Shown here: piece by piece, positions 20,206-28,069 of the stretch
How the letters are laid out: each line of letters opens with the position of its first letter
Numbering within the stretch: position 1 is the stretch's first letter
Assembly: GCA_030765585.1 (NCBI GenBank)
Contig: JAVCCJ010000113.1
Location: 1-50,837 of the forward strand
Reading direction: 5' to 3'
Length of the DNA: 50,837 bases
Origin: Candidatus Zapsychrus exili
GTDB taxonomy: Bacteria > Omnitrophota > Gorgyraeia > Zapsychrales > Zapsychraceae
Notes under the pieces: generated by a model
The model's input: only the letters and a program-made list of their open reading frames with translations
Database searches by the model: none
What the model was told of the DNA's origin: nothing
Position numbers and translations under genes: made by a program

Positions 20206-21036
20206 TTATTCTTCTGGCGCTAATTCTTTTAAAGCTTCTTTTAATTGATCGCCATTAGGTGCTTTGCCGTGCCAACTTTTTTCGCCTTCCATAAAAGATA
20301 TTCCTTTACCTTTAATAGTGTGTGCAATAATCGCAAAAGGTTTATCTTTAATTGTACCGAACTCATCTAAAGCTATTATAAGCTGCTTTAAATTATGACC
20401 TATTACTTCTCTAGTCTCAAAACCAAAGCTTCTAAATTTATCAGCTAAGGGTTCTAATCCTTTTATTTCGCTAACAGGTCCATTTTCCTGAACCTTGTTA
20501 TAATCTACAATCGCACAAACATTATCTAATTTAAAATGAGCCGCACTCATTGCAGCCTCCCAAACAGAACCTTCTTGTATTTCTCCATCACCCATAATGC
20601 AATATGTTTTAAAATCTTTCTTCAAAAGTTTTGCACCCATTGCAATTCCATTAGCGACAGACAATCCGTGTCCTAAAGAACCAGTATTAAACTCAACTCC
20701 TGGAACTTTGATATGCACATGACCTTGCAAAATTCTTCCAAACTTTCTAAATCCTTTTAATTCTTCTTTTGGAAAATAACCACAATTAGCAAGAGTAACA
20801 TACGTTACTGGACTTATGTGGCCTTTTGATACTATAAGCCTATCTCTATCTTCCCATTTAGGGTCGTCAGACTTATGATTCATTTTATAGTCGTAAAGGG
20901 CTATAAATATCTCAACGGCTGAAAGAGACCCACCAGGATGACCTGAACCAGCTTCTGTTATTGTTTCTAATATTTCTCTTCTATACTGAACTGCTTTTTT
21001 CTTCAATGCATCGATATCAATTTCTTCTACTGGCAC
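20206..21036 (-). CDS. tkt: Transketolase, N-terminal subunit
   Basis: GSGHPGGSLS, SKGH, TGSLGHG, GDGEIQEG (TPP motif), HTIKGKG, WHGKAP; GTG start with AGGAG RBS. Confidence 0.96.
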   Translation of the reverse strand: MPVEEIDIDALKKKAVQYRREILETITEAGSGHPGGSLSAVEIFIALYDYKMNHKSDDPKWEDRDRLIVSKGHISPVTYVTLANCGYFPKEELKGFRKFGRILQGHVHIKVPGVEFNTGSLGHGLSVANGIAMGAKLLKKDFKTYCIMGDGEIQEGSVWEAAMSAAHFKLDNVCAIVDYNKVQENGPVSEIKGLEPLADKFRSFGFETREVIGHNLKQLIIALDEFGTIKDKPFAIIAHTIKGKGISFMEGEKSWHGKAPNGDQLKEALKELAPEE

Positions 21037-21066
21037 TTAGGTCTCCTATTTATTTTTATTGTGTAT

Positions 21067-21101
21067 TGGTGGGCCATGCAGGGATCAAACCTGCTACCCA
21101 T
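21067..21101 (-). repeat. Duplicated 3' 35 nt of tRNA-Lys (one mismatch), fused to a hairpin
   Basis: tggtgggccatgcagggatcaaacctgctacccat versus 21150-21184. Confidence 0.9.
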
Positions 21102-21149
21102 CCCGACCAACACATTGTGTTGTGCATCAGGATTTCTATAAAAAAGTAT

Positions 21150-21225
21150 TGGTGGGCCATGCAGGGATCGAACCTGCTACCCATTGATTAAGAGTCAATT
21201 GCTCTACCAAGTGAGCTAATGGCCC
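21150..21225 (-). tRNA. tRNA-Lys(CTT)
   Basis: GGGCCATTAGCTCACTTGGTAGAGCAATTGACTCTTAATCAATGGGTAGCAGGTTCGATCCCTGCATGGCCCACCA: 76 nt, cloverleaf, anticodon loop CTCTTAA, encoded CCA. Confidence 0.97.
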
Positions 21226-21256
21226 AGAAATTTATATTCTGGTTGTAAATATAAGT

Positions 21257-21311
21257 GCTCGCCAAAATACTCGGCGAGTTCGCCAATCTTTGTGGCGAAA
21301 GCTAATAGCCC
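21257..21311 (-). repeat. Degenerate copy of the tRNA-Lys 5' end with two CGCC/GGCG hairpins
   Basis: agctaatagccc matches tRNA agctaatggccc; preceded by ctcgcc-N9-ggcgag and ttcgcca-N7-tggcgaa. Confidence 0.6.
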
Positions 21312-21559
21312 AATATTCACAAAAATTTTACGCAGAATGCGTGCGAACGCACTAAATTATATAATCTATATAGATATTATTAATAATATGAAAGTTTTAT
21401 TCTAATTATTATAAATTCCGGTTGGATTTATACGATAATTCAGATATCTTTTTCGCTTTGCATAAATTCATACAACAACTTATGTTCGCTCGTCTTAAAG
21501 CTCACTCTATAAGTTACGTATTTATTTATATCAAACTTTATAGACCATGTAAAGAGGAT

Positions 21560-24500
21560 TTACAAAAAATATATATCTTCTTTTATGACAGCTCTAGACA
21601 ATTGAAGGGCAACTTCTTGTTCTTCTTCTTTTTCTTCTATATCTAGACCTAAGAGAGGTAGAACGCTATTTATTGGAATTATATTAATAATTACTGGCAA
21701 AAATCCCTTAATATCAACACCTTTAATAGAGTCAAACGCATTAGCATCAAAAATAATTTCACCTTCGCTTCCCCTAGCATCAAGTTCAATACTATTCATA
21801 TTAATACCACCAACGCTAGACACCATAGCTTTGTCATTTATATGATACGACTCAACCAATTTTAACAATATCTCTGGTAAGCTATCCTTTACCTTTAATA
21901 GCTGACTTAATATTTCAATATCAGCTATTTGTTCATATCTATCAACTGCTACTGAACTATTTTCTTTCACCAAAACTCCAAGAATGTCTTTTATCTCATT
22001 CATCATTTCTGTTCGCGTAAATTTCTCAACAAAATCATCTTCTGTGATATTTAAATTTATACCCTTTAAAAACTCGGCCGCACTCATAGGAGTTATTCCT
22101 TTTGAAATGATGCCTCTTGTTCCATCAACAGAAACAATAGAATTACTATCAATAGCTTCATTCTTTAATAAAATCGCACCGCCTTCTATAAACTGCATAT
22201 TATTTCTTACACTAATTACTGCTACAATTCCGCTTTCTTTTAAAATATCAACAGCATGAGATGTCCTTGCGCCTTTCTGCATAATAATAGCACCGATCAT
22301 TTGCTTTCCATCTTCTGTTTTTGTCTGTTCAATAAAAGAAATGGTTTCATCCGCGCCCAAACTATCTGTCACCAAAACCAGACCGTCTACTAACTCATCT
22401 TCTTTAGATTTCTTGTATTCTTCAATAATCTTATTTCTTATATCCTCATTAAATTCATGTCCTTTTATTGCTATTACTCTGCCTCTATATCCGCCCTCTG
22501 AAGCACCAATTGCTTCTCCTTGTTTTATAATAGAATTACCATTGTTAGGCACCACAGGAAAAGTCTTGAGTTTTGCTTCACTTGAAGCATCTCTTGCTTG
22601 AAGAATAAAAAATGTATCAGCAGTTACAGTTAACTCTACTTCTGTATCTGTAGCTAAATAATCATCTAGTTCTTGCATCTGGTCTACAAATTTATCTCTC
22701 CATTCTTTTGATTCTATTATTTTCTTAAAATCTGTTATGGCAGCAGCATTTCCAATAGCAATATCATCTCCCTGAGAAGATGCTTTATAATCTCCCGTCA
22801 TATTCCACTCAAATAAATTGCCTCTTCTTGTTTGTAGAACAGCTGCTCCAGCTCCATCTCTAGTATTTCCAAAAACCATTGGCTGTATAATAATGGCAGA
22901 TCTCTTCCATCGCTCTGATAAATTAATTGATTTTAAATAGCCTACTGCCTTTTCTTGTCCTTTATGTACAGCCTTAACAACAAGTTCTATCTGCTCGTCC
23001 AAATCCTCAGGAATACTATTTTTACCCGCTTTGTCTTCTACATATTTATGATAAGCTAATGCCACTTGCTTCATTTGATCTGCAGTTAATTTATATTTTA
23101 CATTAATGTTGAATTCATTCTTCATATTATATAAGATTACATCAAAGCTTTTACTGTTTAAAGAAAGCACATCAACCGCAAATCCTTTTACAAGTTTCCT
23201 ATAACAATCCCATGCTGTCCAAGACGCATCTTCTTTTGATAGCCCAGAGGCTATAAACATATCTATCAATCCACCTATATTCTTTTGATTTAATCCAACA
23301 TTGGTAATGGTAGGCAGCTGTCCAGGAAGCGTAAAATAAGCACCTGATCTAACAGATACAAGCATCGGCTCTTTCATATCTCCATACTTACCTTTAAATA
23401 TATTTCCTTCATTTTCTCCTATATATTTATGTAAATCTCCTAAAGCCAAATCAAAAACAGAATTCTCTCCTTTAAAAATATTATCAACATCTACTTCTTC
23501 CATGTCCAAAGGAAATACTACGGCAGGCGGTACATTCAAACTTAATAATGCAGACCTTACAAGCCCAATGGCTTTTGCACCTAATAAATATCGCCCGACA
23601 TTACTTATTGTTTCCTTTAAATATCCTTTATCTAAATACTTACCCACAAGATGATATGGCCTAGCATTTTCTTTATCTAAAATAACTTCATCATAAAATA
23701 ATTCTTTAGACGTATCTTTGCCGTCGGATAAAGACTCTTGCCATCTATTATCCACATAACCAACTAATTTATTAATAAACTTAAACAAGAAAGATAAACT
23801 ATGATCATAATTCTCGACATTAAACTTCTTTTCTTCCATAGAAAATAATTGTACCAATTCCGGCAAATGACCTTCTAGCTTATCTACAATATTATCTAAC
23901 TTATTTTTCAGGTATAAGACAAGATCTTTTAACTCTTCTAAAGTTATATCATTTCTTTGCATACTATCTACATAATCAATAAACGAAATAGGAACAGAAC
24001 CATTTGTATAGTTTGACTCTATCAATTCTCTTAAAAAAGAAACAGCTCCATTAATATTATTCTTATCAATTCTTGTAAAATTCTTTGATATTATTTGAGG
24101 CAAAATTTCAGCTTCCAACAAAGAAAGCAGTTGCTCGAGTTTGTATAAATAAAATCTATCATCACGAAACTTGGCTCCACCAGTGGCATTTCCAGTGTCA
24201 TCCCTACCTTCCTCTTCTCTAAACCTATCGTCCAATTCTTCAGGATTGTACTTGACATCATCACTAAACAATAAATCTTTTACTTCTAATTTGATGTCTG
24301 TAATCAAAGATAGTGCACCAATATAATCTCCCGTTAAAATCCTGCTGCTGATCTGATCTACTTCTCCTAAATCAATCTTATTAGAGAATTTATAATATAT
24401 TTCTTCAATATATCTATCAAAACGCTTTATATGATTATTAAGTTCTCCTCTATTAAATCTTCTACTTAATTCTCTGTAAGCATAAATATAACCTCCAAAG

Positions 24501-26956
24501 CTTACAGTTTGTTCAGTAATATATTCTTCTCCCAATATTTCAGCAATTTGTTCTTCACTAGCGTTTCTTAATCTCTCATATTTTGTTTCTCCTAAAGATT
24601 TCGGAAGACTGCCTAACAGTTCTTTAAGCTGCTTTGCATACCCTTTTTCAGCTTCATAGTGCACAGCACCATCAGGAATTCTTTCTATTCTCATATCATA
24701 TACACTCTTAGGATACAGACCTTTTACGTAATTCTTCTCGCCTTTAAAATAATCCACCTGATAATCTTCATCTATTAAAACTTTAGGATCTTGCGTCAAA
24801 AGATACTCCAAATATCTTTCTAACAATCCAACGCACTGAATGCCTAAGAAATTATGAATATTGTCTCTAATAAATCCATAGATGCCTATACCATATGAAC
24901 CCTGCCTTGTTCGCCGTCTTAAAGGATGATCTGCTCCAACATTTACTTGCCCAGATACATCTTTTAACATTAACCTTGCAAGAAGCCTTACAAGATAATA
25001 ATCTCTCTTCCCTTCTATCTGATTAATTAAATGTATTAGTTTTCTAGTATAATGTTCATCAGTTTCTAGAATAAAATATCCCTTCTCTAAAATATTCTTT
25101 GATGTCCAAGCCAATAGATCTTGTGACAAAGTTATATCCATTGGAACAATTGCAAGAATAAGATTGAAAAGATGTTTTTGTTTTCTTACATTCTTTGAAT
25201 ACGGTAATTTTACAATTCTTTGCAATATCTCCTCAAAAATTTCTATTTCCCCTGCTGCCTTAAGAGCTGATGCAAGATTCTCAATAACATCATTAACTGC
25301 ATGGGAAGCATTATCAGTTACATAGGAAGCATAATTAACTTGCCTTCCATCTACCTGATAATTCTCGTCTAACAAATCGTTAAGAACCCTAAACAAGATA
25401 TTCAAAATGCCCTTTTTATATTTCTTAAATAGCTCTAATCGATCTAAAGAAAAATTCTTTCTGTTAACATCTAATATCCCATTAAATTTTAACTTTCTTA
25501 ATTCATAAAAATCAATTTTATAGGTAGGCTTATCTACTTCTTTGAACCATTTGCTTAGATTAGGAGCACTATCTTTGCTATTTAGTAATATGCTTGCATA
25601 CCTTTTAGCTAATATCTTTTTAGACACATCTAGCTTCTGTAAAATGCCTCTTGTCTCAAGCCTGATACCATCTCGAGGATGGTCTAAATTATTTAAAAAT
25701 GCTTCTTCAATTTTTTGTCTTTGCTTCGACTTGCTTTTATACCTAGCAACTAATTCTTTTAAAGAATTCAACCTAATGTTTTTATCTATATTATCAAGTT
25801 GCCTAATATGCCAATTAGTACCACGAGACATCATCGCTTCATCGCTACCCTGTGGATTTAATTGAACTGATTCAACAAATTCAGAACCCACTTTTGCCAA
25901 CTGAATTTTGCTTATATCGTCCGTACGAGATACTGTCATCGCCTTATCTTTGAAACCGCCTGAAAAATACTTTTTAGGAATAATTTGTTGCGAGGTGAAG
26001 TCGTATTCCTCTTTTATATAGCTATATACACCTTTTTTGTAGGCATCCATATATTGATTGTAAATATCTTCTTTTGCAGTAGGTGAGCTTAAATTGATTC
26101 CTTCAACCTTGTTCTTATCAATATAAACTTTTGAAATAATGCTGTTCTTAACTTTTTGTTTATACCATTTAGCAAGTATCAGCGAGTGATATATCTGTCT
26201 TAAAAGAGCAAAATTCTCTCCCTGGTTCACTTCTTTTTCAATAGCAGGAAGAATAATCTCTTTTATTAATTGAGAGTTTAAAGATTCTTTGTTGTTACCT
26301 ATCATACGATCGCTATCTAACATTACCTTCATCTTAGACTCAACTACATAGACGGTTGTACCGTGCTCATAAATGGTAGCAGTGTCTGGAAGGATCCAAA
26401 CCTTATTAAATGTATCTGTGGAAATATCAGTAGTACCAAACTTATCCTGAGCTTGTTTATATATTTTATCCCAAAACTTTTTACCCGATTTACCTTCTGG
26501 GTGCATTAGAGATGCTGTTAATTGTTTTAGAATATAATCTTGCGCTAATAAGTCGCGACCTAGCTCTGTTGAACCCAGTTCATCTGGGACAATTCTATCT
26601 TTTTCTCCTGGCGATAAATTAACCCACAAGTCCCCTTGCGGAACTGTTAAAGATGCCAAGAAATAATTAATCAAACGTTTACTTTCGCTTTTCAAGTCTT
26701 CTCCTTGAACCTTTGAGTGACCGTTATCAATAATAAAATCAAACTTAAACGGATCTTCTGGGTGAATTGTCATACCTTTTAGAAAAGTTGGCACATATGT
26801 AGGACTAGCTGTAATAAAAGTTCCTGGAGCGGGCAAACTAATTGCCTGTGCAAAAGACAACGAGGGGGCAATTGAACTAAAAATAAGTGAGAAAACAAGC
26901 AAAAATGATATAACTTTACAAATATAGTTATGTTTTCCTTTAACGAAAGAACTCAT
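21560..26956 (-). CDS. 1798-aa secreted modular protein: conserved N-domain + PPDK-like ATP-grasp and phospho-His module + conserved-looking C-tail
   Basis: Signal peptide; N-domain paralogous to 469..3594. PPDK-like motifs LGAKA, PMLVSVRSGA...LPGQLPTITNVGLN, AWDCYRKL, IIQPMVFGN, SQGDDI, EVELT, FILQAR and GARTSHA. Tail DKAM..VGGINMN...GFLPVII. Confidence 0.88.
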   Translation of the reverse strand: MSSFVKGKHNYICKVISFLLVFSLIFSSIAPSLSFAQAISLPAPGTFITASPTYVPTFLKGMTIHPEDPFKFDFIIDNGHSKVQGEDLKSESKRLINYFLASLTVPQGDLWVNLSPGEKDRIVPDELGSTELGRDLLAQDYILKQLTASLMHPEGKSGKKFWDKIYKQAQDKFGTTDISTDTFNKVWILPDTATIYEHGTTVYVVESKMKVMLDSDRMIGNNKESLNSQLIKEIILPAIEKEVNQGENFALLRQIYHSLILAKWYKQKVKNSIISKVYIDKNKVEGINLSSPTAKEDIYNQYMDAYKKGVYSYIKEEYDFTSQQIIPKKYFSGGFKDKAMTVSRTDDISKIQLAKVGSEFVESVQLNPQGSDEAMMSRGTNWHIRQLDNIDKNIRLNSLKELVARYKSKSKQRQKIEEAFLNNLDHPRDGIRLETRGILQKLDVSKKILAKRYASILLNSKDSAPNLSKWFKEVDKPTYKIDFYELRKLKFNGILDVNRKNFSLDRLELFKKYKKGILNILFRVLNDLLDENYQVDGRQVNYASYVTDNASHAVNDVIENLASALKAAGEIEIFEEILQRIVKLPYSKNVRKQKHLFNLILAIVPMDITLSQDLLAWTSKNILEKGYFILETDEHYTRKLIHLINQIEGKRDYYLVRLLARLMLKDVSGQVNVGADHPLRRRTRQGSYGIGIYGFIRDNIHNFLGIQCVGLLERYLEYLLTQDPKVLIDEDYQVDYFKGEKNYVKGLYPKSVYDMRIERIPDGAVHYEAEKGYAKQLKELLGSLPKSLGETKYERLRNASEEQIAEILGEEYITEQTVSFGGYIYAYRELSRRFNRGELNNHIKRFDRYIEEIYYKFSNKIDLGEVDQISSRILTGDYIGALSLITDIKLEVKDLLFSDDVKYNPEELDDRFREEEGRDDTGNATGGAKFRDDRFYLYKLEQLLSLLEAEILPQIISKNFTRIDKNNINGAVSFLRELIESNYTNGSVPISFIDYVDSMQRNDITLEELKDLVLYLKNKLDNIVDKLEGHLPELVQLFSMEEKKFNVENYDHSLSFLFKFINKLVGYVDNRWQESLSDGKDTSKELFYDEVILDKENARPYHLVGKYLDKGYLKETISNVGRYLLGAKAIGLVRSALLSLNVPPAVVFPLDMEEVDVDNIFKGENSVFDLALGDLHKYIGENEGNIFKGKYGDMKEPMLVSVRSGAYFTLPGQLPTITNVGLNQKNIGGLIDMFIASGLSKEDASWTAWDCYRKLVKGFAVDVLSLNSKSFDVILYNMKNEFNINVKYKLTADQMKQVALAYHKYVEDKAGKNSIPEDLDEQIELVVKAVHKGQEKAVGYLKSINLSERWKRSAIIIQPMVFGNTRDGAGAAVLQTRRGNLFEWNMTGDYKASSQGDDIAIGNAAAITDFKKIIESKEWRDKFVDQMQELDDYLATDTEVELTVTADTFFILQARDASSEAKLKTFPVVPNNGNSIIKQGEAIGASEGGYRGRVIAIKGHEFNEDIRNKIIEEYKKSKEDELVDGLVLVTDSLGADETISFIEQTKTEDGKQMIGAIIMQKGARTSHAVDILKESGIVAVISVRNNMQFIEGGAILLKNEAIDSNSIVSVDGTRGIISKGITPMSAAEFLKGINLNITEDDFVEKFTRTEMMNEIKDILGVLVKENSSVAVDRYEQIADIEILSQLLKVKDSLPEILLKLVESYHINDKAMVSSVGGINMNSIELDARGSEGEIIFDANAFDSIKGVDIKGFLPVIINIIPINSVLPLLGLDIEEKEEEQEVALQLSRAVIKEDIYFL

Positions 26957-27158
26957 TAATTAACCTTTTTTATCGATATTTTTGGTTTTTTTGATATATT
27001 TGCTGGATTTTCCCAAAAAAAGTCAAATTCTTAAATAAAATTATATATAATTTCAAAAAACTTAATATAAGTCTTAATAGTAAAGTATGCAATATATGCT
27101 AGGGGTTGTCAAGGTGGGCTACCTATAAAATAATACAATTAAAAGTAGTATTAATATA

Positions 27159-27194
27159 TATGATGGGGACAGGTGTTAACCCCTTCCCCATCAT
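27159..27194. promoter_or_regulatory. Inverted repeat in the divergent promoter region
   Basis: ATGATGGGGA...TCCCCATCAT. Confidence 0.45.
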
Positions 27195-27297
27195 TATAAA
27201 CCAGAAAAACGACAAATTAAATAGATGGCACAAAAAAGGCGCTTAGGTGGGTTCAATTAGCAAGTGCAACACCTAAAAAAAATGTTAGGATAGTTGC

Positions 27298-28041
27298 ATG
27301 AAAAAAGAACTAAAAATATCTTTAGTTGTTATATTCCTTACTTTTAATGCCTGTGCTTTATATGCGCAAGATTCACTCATAGAAAGAATTTTAAGTGTTC
27401 GCGAATCAATTGTACATATAAAAGCTATACAAACAAATATATACAAAAACCCTCAAGCTAGTGCTGCTATCAATCCTAAGACGGGAAAGATCGTTGTTTC
27501 TCAAAGAGCAAGACGCGCATATTCACAAAAAAAAGGTGCTGGGATAATCCTTAACAATGAAGGCTTAATTGTTACCAACCTTCACACCATAAGAGGAGCT
27601 GAAAAAATAACTGTAGAATTCTTTAATGAAAAAGTTTTAAGTGCCAAAGTAGTTAAGCTTATGTCTAAGCACGACCTAGCCCTTCTTAAAGTAGAAGCAG
27701 ACTTTAATTTAAAACCTATCAAATTTTACGATTCAAACAATATTAAACTAAAAGACAAAGTGATACACATAAGCAGCTCTGAAATATTAAATAACACTAT
27801 TTCATCTGGAATAATTAGAGGCTTAGGTACTAGCACTATAAAGAATAGTAAACCTGCTGTTGAGCTTATAAAAATAAGTATAAATATGTATAAGGGAGAC
27901 AGTGGTGGACCAATATTAAATGAAGATGGCCAACTTATAGGCATAATAGTGGCAAAGCAGAGAAAGAAGCAAAGAGTGAGTTTTGCTATACCTTCAAACA
28001 AGATAAAAAAATTATATCTTCATTTCATAAAAGAGCTATAA
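27298..28041 (+). CDS. Secreted trypsin-like serine protease (HtrA-type catalytic domain, no PDZ)
   Basis: Signal peptide; catalytic triad in TNLH, HDLALLK and GDSGGP; FAIP. Confidence 0.92.
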   Translation: MKKELKISLVVIFLTFNACALYAQDSLIERILSVRESIVHIKAIQTNIYKNPQASAAINPKTGKIVVSQRARRAYSQKKGAGIILNNEGLIVTNLHTIRGAEKITVEFFNEKVLSAKVVKLMSKHDLALLKVEADFNLKPIKFYDSNNIKLKDKVIHISSSEILNNTISSGIIRGLGTSTIKNSKPAVELIKISINMYKGDSGGPILNEDGQLIGIIVAKQRKKQRVSFAIPSNKIKKLYLHFIKEL

Positions 28042-28069
28042 TTAATTATTAAAAAATAATTCTACAAAA

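Noticed and set aside
21067..21135. Second functional tRNA or intron-containing tRNA
   Set aside because: Only the 3' half is present, the T-loop is mutated (TTTGA) and there is no matching 5' acceptor strand.
21560..26956. Housekeeping pyruvate phosphate dikinase (ppdK)
   Set aside because: Lacks the C-terminal PEP/pyruvate domain and is embedded in a signal-peptide-bearing modular protein.
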